NCBI GenBank assembly: GCA_963746845.1
Contig: CAVVCZ010000005.1
Location: 1-64,000, forward strand
Source of the DNA: an uncultured Chloroflexia bacterium
GTDB taxonomy: Bacteria; Chloroflexota; Limnocylindria; Limnocylindrales; CSP1-4
Direction of reading: 5' to 3'
DNA: 64,000 bases
The position numbers and the translations under genes were made by a program. The first letter of the stretch is position 1; each line of letters opens with the position of its first letter. Under the pieces are notes generated by a model that was not told the DNA's origin, searched no databases, and worked only from the letters and a program-made list of their open reading frames with translations. Shown here in pieces: positions 1-8,724 of this stretch.

Positions 1-1
1 C

Positions 2-922
2 TCACCGGTACTCCCCGTAGTCCACGGACCCTGACGGCGCTGGCGCGGACGGCCGAAGCGACGCGATCCGCTCGAGCCCAAGCTTCTCGACGTACTCAGC
101 CCGGCCGGCCAGCCCGTGGACCCACTCGTCCAGCCAGGCCTGGGTCGCCGCCTCGTCGCGCGAGATCGGGTCCCAGTCGAGGTAGAACCGGTTGTCGCGG
201 TCGTAGGCGCCCTGGACGTACGAGGGATGGGCGCCCCACGGCTCGACGACCACCGCGTCGACGATCAGGCCCGGGATGATCGTCCGGTTCGGGTCCGCCC
301 GGACGACCTCGTCGGGCACGACCTCCTCGACCACGACGATCACCCGCTCCGCGGCGAACGCGGCCTCCTTCTGGCAGCCGAGCAGGCCCCAGACCTGGGT
401 GTCGCCGGCGGCGGTGGCGCGCTGGGCGTGGATGATCGTGACGTCCGGACGGAGGGGCGGCACGGCATAGACGACCCCGTCTCCGTACGGCGATTCGATC
501 GGCCGGATCAGCGGGTTCGCCTTCGGCAGGTCCGTCTCGAAATACGAACGGAGCGGGAAGAACGGGAGGTTGGCGGCGCCCGCCGTGTACCGGGCGACCA
601 TCCCGAAGTGGCTGTACTCCTCCAGCTCGAGCTCGGGCGGATCGACCTCCACCCGCCGGCGGATCGCGTTCAGCCCGCCGACGCCCGGGTTGCCGAGCCA
701 CGAGAAGACGAGCTTCCGCGCGACCCCGGCCGCGATCATCTGGTCGTAGATCACGTCCGGCGTCATCCGGGCAAGCGTCAGGTCGCGCTTGCGCTGGCGA
801 ATGATCTCGTGACCGGCGGCGAACGAGATCAGGTGGGTGAACCCCTCGATCGCGACCGTGTCGCCGTCCCGGACGATCTCGCGGATCGCATTGGCCATCG
901 AGGCCACCTTCGAGGTCGTCAC
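2..922 (-). CDS. CoA-transferase subunit A (CatI/GctA-type; probably 3-oxoadipate CoA-transferase alpha subunit)
   Basis: Motifs EGFTHLI.FAAGHEIIRQ, RMTPD..YDQMI, FSW.GNPGVG, PWGAHPS typical of CatI/GctA family; lies downstream of a maleylacetate reductase cluster; subunit B expected beyond the left edge. Confidence 0.85.
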   Translation of the reverse strand: MTTSKVASMANAIREIVRDGDTVAIEGFTHLISFAAGHEIIRQRKRDLTLARMTPDVIYDQMIAAGVARKLVFSWLGNPGVGGLNAIRRRVEVDPPELELEEYSHFGMVARYTAGAANLPFFPLRSYFETDLPKANPLIRPIESPYGDGVVYAVPPLRPDVTIIHAQRATAAGDTQVWGLLGCQKEAAFAAERVIVVVEEVVPDEVVRADPNRTIIPGLIVDAVVVEPWGAHPSYVQGAYDRDNRFYLDWDPISRDEAATQAWLDEWVHGLAGRAEYVEKLGLERIASLRPSAPAPSGSVDYGEYR

Positions 923-1042
923 GGAGCCAGTATCGGGGACGGGACGCGGCGACTGCGCACGAATTGGCGGGCAACCGGGTCCGCGAAGTCGCTACGATGC
1001 GCCCCGCGGAACGACGGAGCGTCCGCGTGGAGGGAGGTCCGG

Positions 1043-1202
1043 ATGTCACTGCCCACGATGTCGCCCGACTGGCCACGGACCGTCCGCGGCCTCTACCTCA
1101 CCGCGATTCGGGGCACCGCTGATGGGCGTGGCCCTGCTGCTCGGCCTGGCGCTCGCGCTGGAGCGCTCGATGTCGTCCGACCTGCGAGCCGCGGACGAGT
1201 AA
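1043..1202 (+). pseudogene. small single-TM membrane protein (~52 aa) interrupted by a 1-nt insertion near 1107
   Basis: Strong RBS GGAGGGAGG at 1029-1037, ATG 1043; removing one T from GCGATTCGGG gives MSLPTMSPDWPRTVRGLYLTAIGAPLMGVALLLGLALALERSMSSDLRAADE* with a continuous hydrophobic helix. Confidence 0.5.
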
Positions 1203-1222
1203 GCCCGGAGCGCCCGCGATTG

Positions 1223-2179
1223 TCAGCCGGACGCCTCCGGGCGACGGAAGTCGTCGACAAAGCGGGGCCCCGGTGCCGGCGCCGGGCCGCCCGCGAGCTC
1301 CACGCGGGCCTTCTCGATGTCGGCCTCGTACTTCAGCAGGACGTGGAGCGTCTCCGGCGTCTCTGACCGGCTGATCGACCCAGCGCCGAGCAACACGAGC
1401 GTCCGGGCCCAGTCGATCGCCTCGGAGATCGATGGCGGCTTCTTGAGATCGAGCAGGCGGATCGAGGCGACGATCCGCGCCGCCTGGTCCGCGAGCTCCA
1501 CCGACAGGCCGGGAACACGGGCAAGCAGGATGCCCCGTTCGCGTTCGATCGTTGGGTATTCGATCCGCAGGTAGAGTGCCCGGCGCCGCAATGCCTCGGA
1601 GAGGTCGCGCGTGTCGTTCGACGTCAGGAAGACCATCGGGCGCTGTCCCGCGACCATCGTCCCGAGCTCCGGGATCGTGACCTGGAAGTCCGACAGCACC
1701 TCGAGCATCAGGGCCTCGGCCTCGACCTCAACCCGATCGATCTCATCGATCAGAAGGACGACCGGTTCGTCGGCCCGGATCGCGGCCAGGAGCGGCCGGG
1801 CGAGGAGGAAGGCCTCGCTGAAGATGTCCTCCTCGAGCTCCGACCACGCCTCCCGCCGCTCGTCCGCCTGGATTCGAAGCAGCTGCTTCTTGTAGTTCCA
1901 TTCGTAGAGGGCCTTGGACTCGTCGAGCCCCTCATAGCACTGGAGGCGGATGAGCCGGGCGCCGGTGACGGCGGCGACCGACCGCGCGAGCTCGGTCTTG
2001 CCAACCCCAGCGGGACCCTCCAGCAGGACCGGCTTCTCGAGCCGATCCGCGATGAACACGGTCAGGCCGATCGCGAGATCGGCGAGGTAGTCGGCGGCCC
2101 GCAGGCGGTCGACGACGTCGGCGGGCGACGCGAAACGGCCCGGATCGCCGGACGACGGGTGGCTGGTCGTGCCGCTCAC
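1223..2179 (-). CDS. MoxR family AAA+ ATPase (CoxD-like)
   Basis: Walker A GPAGVGKT, LIRLQCYEGLDE.KALYEWNY.KQLL, Walker B VLLIDEID, LSEALRRR; GTGA overlap with upstream permease. Confidence 0.9.
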   Translation of the reverse strand: MSGTTSHPSSGDPGRFASPADVVDRLRAADYLADLAIGLTVFIADRLEKPVLLEGPAGVGKTELARSVAAVTGARLIRLQCYEGLDESKALYEWNYKKQLLRIQADERREAWSELEEDIFSEAFLLARPLLAAIRADEPVVLLIDEIDRVEVEAEALMLEVLSDFQVTIPELGTMVAGQRPMVFLTSNDTRDLSEALRRRALYLRIEYPTIERERGILLARVPGLSVELADQAARIVASIRLLDLKKPPSISEAIDWARTLVLLGAGSISRSETPETLHVLLKYEADIEKARVELAGGPAPAPGPRFVDDFRRPEASG

Positions 2180-3243
2180 GTTGGTTCTGGCTCCTCCGGT
2201 CGGTCGATGCTCGACGGCGACGGCAGCCTGACGAGCCGCCGCTTGACGGCAAACAGCGTGACGGGTCGACGTGATTCAACCAGTCCCCACAGCCCGTGGG
2301 GAGCAAAGAGCACGACCGCGATCGCGACGATCCCGAGGGTCACGAGGTAGACGCTGCCAAAGTCCGCGAGCGTCTCTTGCAGGACGAAGTACACGATGGC
2401 TCCGAGGATCGGGCCCTCGATCCGCCCTAGCCCGCCGATGACCACGACGAAGATCATGATCACTGTCCAGTTCACGCCGAACGCGGCAGTCGGCTGGATC
2501 CGCAGGAGCTGGAGGTAGTAGACGGCGCCGGCGATCGCGCAGCCGACAGACGCGATGACGTAGACCCAGCGCTTGGCGGCAAGGACGTCGACCCCGAGGC
2601 CGGCGGCCGAGACCTCGCTGTCTCGCACGGCTTGTAGGGCCAGTCCCAGCCGTGACCGGATCGCGATTGCGGCAACGACGATCGACCCGAAGCCGACTGC
2701 GACGGCCAGCCAATACGTCAAGGCCAGACGATCTGCCGGGGCCATGGCGACCGCGGACTTCATGGTGACTCCAGTGCCGGTCCCGAGCAGACTGATCTGC
2801 GAGACGATGAGGCGAAAGACCTCGGCGATGACCCAGGTCCCGATCGCGAAGTATCCGGCGCGGAGCCGGAACGCAAAGAGAGAGGTCAGAAGAGCGGCGA
2901 CGGCCGCGGCCACTCCGGTCGCGACGATCGCGGGGACTGGTGGCAGCCCGGCCAGGTCCATGAACGCGTACAGGCCGTACGCGCCGAGCCCGACGAATGC
3001 CTGTTGGCCGATCGACACGAGCCCGGCATACCCGGCGAGCAGGTTCCACATCTGAGCCATCGCGAGGATCGTCATGAATTCGACGAGCAGGCGCATCGTC
3101 CCGCTCGAGCCCCAGCTCGGATACGTCGCGAAGCCAACCAGCAGGAACAAGCCCACCACGGCCGTCAGCCTGGTCGACGTCGTGCCCTGGTCGACGCGGA
3201 ACCGTCCCATGGTGGGCACCGCCACCTTCCCGATCGAGGTCAT
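2176..3243 (-). CDS. livM: branched-chain amino acid-type ABC transporter permease
   Basis: WNLLAGYAGLVSIGQQAF, LRAGYFAIGT, IGGLG.IEGPILG; multiple TM helices. Confidence 0.88.
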   Translation of the reverse strand: MTSIGKVAVPTMGRFRVDQGTTSTRLTAVVGLFLLVGFATYPSWGSSGTMRLLVEFMTILAMAQMWNLLAGYAGLVSIGQQAFVGLGAYGLYAFMDLAGLPPVPAIVATGVAAAVAALLTSLFAFRLRAGYFAIGTWVIAEVFRLIVSQISLLGTGTGVTMKSAVAMAPADRLALTYWLAVAVGFGSIVVAAIAIRSRLGLALQAVRDSEVSAAGLGVDVLAAKRWVYVIASVGCAIAGAVYYLQLLRIQPTAAFGVNWTVIMIFVVVIGGLGRIEGPILGAIVYFVLQETLADFGSVYLVTLGIVAIAVVLFAPHGLWGLVESRRPVTLFAVKRRLVRLPSPSSIDRPEEPEPT

Positions 3244-4115
3244 GCCTGGCGGACTCCGGGGCGCGAGAAGAGCCCTTCAGGGCGGACCAGGAGCACGGCC
3301 AGGAACACGACATGCCCGGCGAGGATCTGGTAGGCCGGGCTGACGTGGCCGCCGACCGCCTGAGCGAGGCCGAGGATGATCCCCCCGATCAGGGTCCCCC
3401 ATAGCGATCCGAGCCCGCCGATGATGACGGCCTCGTAGGCAAAGATCAGGAGCACCGGGCCGTCGGCTGGGGCGAACGAGGTCCGGATCCCGAGGAAGAC
3501 GCCGCCGACCGCAACCGTCCCGAGTGCCAGCGCCATGGCGAGCCCGAACAGATGGTGGTTGTCAATGCCGACGAGCCGCGCTGCTTCCGGATCGTCGGAC
3601 GCCGCGCGAAGGGCGCGCCCGAGTTGCGTGTGATCGAGAAGGAGTTGCAGCAGCGTCAGCATCAGCACGGCGATGACGAGCGTCAGGAGGGACAGCCAGC
3701 CGACAGACAGGCTGTCCGTGATCCTGACGCTTGCGGTCTCCAATGCACCCGCATCGAGACCCCGAGAGTCCGCGGTGAAGACGGTGAGCAGTCCGTTCTG
3801 GATGATCACGGCGAGCCCGAAGGTCACCAGAACCGAGGCGAGAACACCGCTCTCCAACGTGCGATTGAGAAGCCCACGCTGGAGGACGTAACCAAGGATG
3901 GCCATGACGGGGACGACGATGATCAGGCTGGCGAATGGTCCGATTCCGGTCCGACTCGCGACCAGGAATGCGAGGAACGCCGCCAGTACCCCCAGATCGC
4001 CATGGGCCAGGTTGACCAGTCGCATCACACCGAAGACCAGGGACAACCCGGTTGCCAGCATGGCGTACAAGCCACCGAGCAGGAGACCCTGGACCGCGAC
4101 GTTGACCCAGTCCAT
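3240..4115 (-). CDS. livH: branched-chain amino acid-type ABC transporter permease
   Basis: Start ATG 4115 (MDWVNVAVQGLLLGG); GLSLVFGVMRLVNLAHGD, IIGGLGSLWG. Confidence 0.88.
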   Translation of the reverse strand: MDWVNVAVQGLLLGGLYAMLATGLSLVFGVMRLVNLAHGDLGVLAAFLAFLVASRTGIGPFASLIIVVPVMAILGYVLQRGLLNRTLESGVLASVLVTFGLAVIIQNGLLTVFTADSRGLDAGALETASVRITDSLSVGWLSLLTLVIAVLMLTLLQLLLDHTQLGRALRAASDDPEAARLVGIDNHHLFGLAMALALGTVAVGGVFLGIRTSFAPADGPVLLIFAYEAVIIGGLGSLWGTLIGGIILGLAQAVGGHVSPAYQILAGHVVFLAVLLVRPEGLFSRPGVRQA

Positions 4116-4117
4116 CG

Positions 4118-4816
4118 TCAGACCCCGAAGTACGCGCGAGTCACTGACTCGCGCGGCATCTCGGCCGGTCGGCCGGCGAGGGAGACCCGGCCCTCCAGCA
4201 GGCAATAGGCGCGATCGGCAACGGCAAGTGCCTGGTCGATGTTCTGTTCGACGAGCAGGATGGAAGTCCCGCGTTCCCTGATCGACGGGAGCGCGGCGTA
4301 CAGCTGACCGATGACGATCGGTGCAAGGCCGAGTGAAACCTCGTCCAGCAGGAGCAGGCGCGGATTTGCCATCAGGGCCCTTCCGATCGCGAGCGCTTGC
4401 TGTTCGCCGCCCGACAGGACGGCCGCACGCCTGCCTCCGATTGCGGCCAGCAACGGGAAGAGTCGATAGACCTCGTCGATGCTCCACAGCCCCTTGCGTT
4501 TGCTGTATGCGCCGATCCTGAGGTTCTCCTCGACCGTAAGACTCGGGAAGACGCGACGCCCCTCCGGGACGAGCGAGATGCCGGCCCGGACCCGCTCGTG
4601 CGCAGACAGCCTGTCGATCCGGTCACCGTCATAGCGGATTGCGCCGCCCCGGTTGGGTGTGAGTCCGGCAATCAGTCTCAACAGGGTCGTCTTGCCGGCC
4701 CCGTTGGCACCGATCATCGCGACGGCCTCGCCCGCGTCGACCGCCACCGAGACGCCGAAGAGAGCCTGGAAGTCACCATAGAAGCAGTCCACGCCGTCCA
4801 CGGCGAGCAGGTTCAC
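4118..4816 (-). CDS. livF: ABC transporter ATP-binding protein
   Basis: GANGAGKTT, VPEGRRVFPSLTVEENL, LSGGEQQ, LLLLDE; GTG start overlapping the previous TGA. Confidence 0.9.
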   Translation of the reverse strand: MNLLAVDGVDCFYGDFQALFGVSVAVDAGEAVAMIGANGAGKTTLLRLIAGLTPNRGGAIRYDGDRIDRLSAHERVRAGISLVPEGRRVFPSLTVEENLRIGAYSKRKGLWSIDEVYRLFPLLAAIGGRRAAVLSGGEQQALAIGRALMANPRLLLLDEVSLGLAPIVIGQLYAALPSIRERGTSILLVEQNIDQALAVADRAYCLLEGRVSLAGRPAEMPRESVTRAYFGV

Positions 4817-5568
4817 GACACCGCCTCCGCACCGAGATAGACGGCGTGAACGGCCGGATCGGCGATCACGGCACGTGGGTCGCCCTCGGCCAGGACTCGG
4901 CCGTTGTCCATCGCGATCATCCGGTCGACCAGCGAGACCAGAGCGGCAACGATGTGCTCGATCCACACGATCGTGATCCCGCGGCTCTTGAGGTCACGGA
5001 TCGCCACGATGAGACGCTCCACTTCGGGTTCCGTCAGGCCGCCGGCGATCTCGTCGAGGAGGAGCAGACGAGGGTCGATCGTCAGGGCCCGGGCCAGCTC
5101 GAGTCGCTTGCGATCCAGGAGCGGCAGAGCACCGGCCATGATGTTGGCGCTGTCGATCAGCCCCGTCGCCTCGAGCGCCGCGATTGCGACGTCGGCCGAG
5201 CTCCGGCCATCTGGGTGCCTCCCGCGGCCGGCGAAGGACGCGCCGAGCAGCGCATTCTCGAACACCGTCATGCCGTTGAACGGTCGCGGGATCTGGTACG
5301 TGCGCCCAATGCCGAGACGCGCACGAACGTGACTCGGGAGACGGGTGATGTCGCGCCCGTCGAGGGTGACGCGCCCGGCGTCGGTTGCAACCGTGCCCGT
5401 GATGAGGTTGAGGAGGCTGGTCTTCCCAGCGCCGTTGGGCCCGACGATCCCCAGCATCTCGCCGGCAGCGACGCGGACCGACAGACCGTCGGCCACGACG
5501 ACTCGCCCGAACGATTTCCGGATCTCCTCCAGCTCGAGGAGCGGCCCGGGCGGTCGCTCCTGCGCCAC
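4813..5568 (-). CDS. livG: ABC transporter ATP-binding protein
   Basis: GPNGAGKT, GIGRTYQIPRPF, LLLLDEIAGGL, C-terminal AVYLG; start approximate (GTG 5568). Confidence 0.88.
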   Translation of the reverse strand: MAQERPPGPLLELEEIRKSFGRVVVADGLSVRVAAGEMLGIVGPNGAGKTSLLNLITGTVATDAGRVTLDGRDITRLPSHVRARLGIGRTYQIPRPFNGMTVFENALLGASFAGRGRHPDGRSSADVAIAALEATGLIDSANIMAGALPLLDRKRLELARALTIDPRLLLLDEIAGGLTEPEVERLIVAIRDLKSRGITIVWIEHIVAALVSLVDRMIAMDNGRVLAEGDPRAVIADPAVHAVYLGAEAVS

Positions 5569-5579
5569 GCGCCCGAGCG

Positions 5580-7019
5580 TCAGGCCGGGAGCGGCTGCAT
5601 CGTGCCGCCGGAGGGGATCTCGGGGTGATCCTTGTTGCTCACGATGACCAGATCGTAGGGGAACGCCGTCCCCTTGACCCATTGGCCCCCGACCAACGGC
5701 GTCTTGGCGATGTTGGTGGTCGCGAACGGCGGCAGCCCGGCGCCATTCCACTCGACATGACCGACGACCGTGTCGAGGGCCGTCTTCTTGATGGCGTCGC
5801 GAACCGCGGTCTTGTCGTCGATGCTCGACGCGCGGCTCAGAACGTTGAGGCCGACCTCGAAGACGGCGTGGACGAAACCGATCGGCTGTGTCCATTGCTT
5901 CGTCGTCGATGTCGTGTATCCATCTGCCAGGTCTTTCGCGCTCGCGCCGGTCAGCGAGGACTTGAAGGGGTGGCTCGGGCTCCACCAGACCTCGGACGAC
6001 AGTCCGATGCCGGCGGTCGGACCGAGCGCATCGACCGACGCCGGGAACAGGAGCGCCTTGCCGATCGAGGCGACCTTGGGCTTGAAACCTTGCTGGGCCG
6101 CCTGCGTCCAGAAGGTCGTGAAGTCCGGAGGCAGTGGGACTCCCGTCAGGATCTCCACGCCGGCGCTCTTGAACTGGGCGATCTGGCTGCTGAAGTCCTG
6201 GCTCAGGTTCTCGTAGCGACCAGGATCGACGATTTTGTAGCCCGCCGGCGTCAGCGTTGCCGGAAACCCGACGTCCTTGGAGCTCCAGGCCTGCCCATCA
6301 CCGTCGTTGGGCATGAGGAAGCCCACGACCTTGTTGTTCGGGACCTTGCTCCACATGTCCTGGAAGACGGCGATGATGTCCTCGAGGCCCCAGAAGAAGT
6401 GGTAGGTCCACTGGAACGGCTTCGTATCGGGCGGCGCGACGTTCGGCTGTCGACCCAGGAAGTACGGCTGCCACGGGGTGACCGTGGAGATGCAGGGCAC
6501 TCCGTTCGCCTCGCACTGGTCCGCAACCGGGTTGGTCGTCTCCGGCGTGTTCGCGACCAGCATCAGGTCGATCTTGTCATCCAGGATCAGTGATCCGGCG
6601 ACCGATGCGGCTCGGTTGGGATCGCCTTGACTGTCCTTGACCATGATGTCGATCGGATAGGTGGTCGTGCCGTTGACGACACCCGCTCCGACTGCCTTCT
6701 TGACGCCGTTGATGATGTAGTCATCGGCCTCGGCGAACGCCGAGAACGGCCCGGTCGTCGGCGTGACGTAGCCGATCTTGATCGTCCGACCGGCCGCGGT
6801 GCTCGCTGCGGCGGATGCGCTCGCCGCGGCGCTCGCTGGCGCACTGGCCGATGTGCTCGCCGCGGCGCTCGTCGACGGCGAAGCTGCGGGCGAGCATGCT
6901 GCGATGAACGCCGCAGCGGCCGCGGCCGTCCCACCGTACGCCGCGAGCAGCAGGACCTCGCGGCGGGTCAGCGGCCGTCCCAGGATGGACTCGACGCGAC
7001 GGGAGCGCTCGTCTGCCAT
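5580..7019 (-). CDS. ABC transporter substrate-binding lipoprotein (LivK/PBP1 fold), Tat-type signal; likely aromatic-compound binding
   Basis: RBS GGAGGAGG, ATG 7019; TRREVL twin-arginine motif, lipobox-like IAAC, Ala/Ser linker, IKIGYVTP.TG, YHFFWGLED. Confidence 0.85.
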   Translation of the reverse strand: MADERSRRVESILGRPLTRREVLLLAAYGGTAAAAAAFIAACSPAASPSTSAAASTSASAPASAAASASAAASTAAGRTIKIGYVTPTTGPFSAFAEADDYIINGVKKAVGAGVVNGTTTYPIDIMVKDSQGDPNRAASVAGSLILDDKIDLMLVANTPETTNPVADQCEANGVPCISTVTPWQPYFLGRQPNVAPPDTKPFQWTYHFFWGLEDIIAVFQDMWSKVPNNKVVGFLMPNDGDGQAWSSKDVGFPATLTPAGYKIVDPGRYENLSQDFSSQIAQFKSAGVEILTGVPLPPDFTTFWTQAAQQGFKPKVASIGKALLFPASVDALGPTAGIGLSSEVWWSPSHPFKSSLTGASAKDLADGYTTSTTKQWTQPIGFVHAVFEVGLNVLSRASSIDDKTAVRDAIKKTALDTVVGHVEWNGAGLPPFATTNIAKTPLVGGQWVKGTAFPYDLVIVSNKDHPEIPSGGTMQPLPA

Positions 7020-7080
7020 GGTGCTCTCCTCCTCCTGAGCCTCGTCCAGGTGGACGGGACCTCTGCCGGCCGCTGGCCGG

Positions 7081-8187
7081 CTATCCGTGGGTGGTCCGCT
7101 CGACGACGCGGTCGAGCGATGGTCGGCGCCCCTCGAATGCGTCGGCCAGCAGCGCGCGGATTGCCGGGACATCGACCGGCTTCGGGTTGCCGGGAATGGC
7201 TTCCACGATCAGGTCGGCCGCCTCGTCGAGGCGCCCGAGGGGCATACCGATCGTGCGGAGGTCGGTTGGCGCCCCGAGACGGGCGGCGAGGTCGTAGATC
7301 GCTCCCGGAACGTCGGGGTCGCCGAGGGCCGCCCCGATCCTCGCCATTGCGTCGGGCTCGGACGGTGCGACGAGGGCCAGGGCGTGGGGCAGGACGACCG
7401 TGTGCATCTCGGCATGCGGAAGGTCATAGGCACCGCCCAGGACGTGACAGATCTTGTGATGGATGCCGGATCCGGCCGACGCGAAGGCGGCCGCGGCCAG
7501 ATAGGCTCCGACGAGCACGTCGCCGCGCGCGTCGAGATCGTCGGGGTCGGCGACGACGCGAGGCAGATCGGCCGCAAGGATCGAGATGCCCCGTTCGGCC
7601 ATCAACGACGTGATCGGATTCGCGCCCGGCGCGTACAACGCCTCGGCGCAGTGCGCCAGGGCATTCATGCCGGAGGGTCCAGCCACGGCCGGCGGCAGCG
7701 TCAGGGTCAGGACGGGGTCGTAGACCACGGTCCTTGGCTGGACCCGTGGATCGCGGCCCGTCGTCTTCCGGGAGGGGCCGTCCGGCGGCCCATCGGTCAG
7801 CCCCCAGATCGGCGTCATCTCCGAACCGGCGTACGTGGTCGGGACGGCCAGGATCGGGAGCGGCACCTCGAGGGCCACCGCCTTGCCGAGGCCGGTCGCC
7901 GACCCGCCGCCGATCGTGACGATCGAATCCGCGTCGCTTGCGAGGGCAAGCGCACGGGCGTCCTGGGCCCGCTCGATCGGGACGTGTGCGACGACGTCGT
8001 CGATCCGGGCCACGACGCGATTGCCGATGGCTGCGACGAGACGGTCCGCCCAAGTCGACCCCGAGCGGTCGGCGATCAGCACGCTCCGCGAGACGCCGAG
8101 CCGCTCGAGCTCGTCCGGGACGCGGTCGAACGCGCCGTTGGCGAACACGACGCGGCCGGGCAGGGCTTCGTAGACGAATGGCTGCAT
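7081..8187 (-). CDS. macA: maleylacetate reductase (iron-containing ADH family)
   Basis: GGGSATGLGKA, AVPTTYAGSEMTP, SGMNALAH, HHKICHVLGG, LPHAEMH. Confidence 0.88.
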   Translation of the reverse strand: MQPFVYEALPGRVVFANGAFDRVPDELERLGVSRSVLIADRSGSTWADRLVAAIGNRVVARIDDVVAHVPIERAQDARALALASDADSIVTIGGGSATGLGKAVALEVPLPILAVPTTYAGSEMTPIWGLTDGPPDGPSRKTTGRDPRVQPRTVVYDPVLTLTLPPAVAGPSGMNALAHCAEALYAPGANPITSLMAERGISILAADLPRVVADPDDLDARGDVLVGAYLAAAAFASAGSGIHHKICHVLGGAYDLPHAEMHTVVLPHALALVAPSEPDAMARIGAALGDPDVPGAIYDLAARLGAPTDLRTIGMPLGRLDEAADLIVEAIPGNPKPVDVPAIRALLADAFEGRRPSLDRVVERTTHG

Positions 8188-8228
8188 CGGCAGTCCCGTC
8201 GCGTCCCGTCAGTCCGTCGTGGCCCGGA

Positions 8229-8693
8229 TCAACTGTTGCCGGCCAGCCACGGGTAGCGGCCGGTGTCCTTGCCCGCGTAGTCGGGGTCGAGGTAGATGAA
8301 GCACCGCTGGATCAGCCCGTCGCGCACCTCGAACACGTCGCACCAGCGCCCGGCTCCATGCTCCGGCTCACCGGCCTTCCACGAGCCGTCCCGATGCTCT
8401 CCGATGCTGGTGCCCTCCACGGCGAACGTGTCCGTGCCAGTCATCACGTAGTTGAACGTGTCGTAGTCATGGAGGATCGACTTCAGGGTCGCGCCGACGT
8501 CGCCGAACATCCGGCCGATCTCCGCCCGCCCCTGGGCGACGCCCCATTTCGGGAAGTAGACCCGGGCATCCTCGGCGAAGAGCTCGAGGATGCTGCGACC
8601 GTTCTCGGTAACGCCGGCGTTGTCGAAGGCCTTCAGGTAGCGCAGGGCGACCGCCTTGCGCTCGACATCCGTCATCGGCTGAGCAATGGCCAT
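8229..8693 (-). CDS. NTF2/SnoaL-like fold protein
   Basis: RBS GGAGG, ATG 8693; LFAEDA.VYFPKWG, RWCDVFEVRDGLIQRCFIYLDPDY. Confidence 0.75.
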   Translation of the reverse strand: MAIAQPMTDVERKAVALRYLKAFDNAGVTENGRSILELFAEDARVYFPKWGVAQGRAEIGRMFGDVGATLKSILHDYDTFNYVMTGTDTFAVEGTSIGEHRDGSWKAGEPEHGAGRWCDVFEVRDGLIQRCFIYLDPDYAGKDTGRYPWLAGNS

Positions 8694-8724
8694 CTCGCAC
8701 CTCCGTGCGCTACGGTCGACCCGG

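Noticed and set aside
946-960. Possible fourth IclR box upstream of the CoA-transferase (GCGGCGACTGCGCAC)
   Set aside because: Only the right half matches and there is no partner box at 19 bp
6795-6890. Repeated GCTCGCCGCGGCGCTC units in the binding-protein gene
   Set aside because: They encode the Ala/Ser lipoprotein linker; not a DNA element
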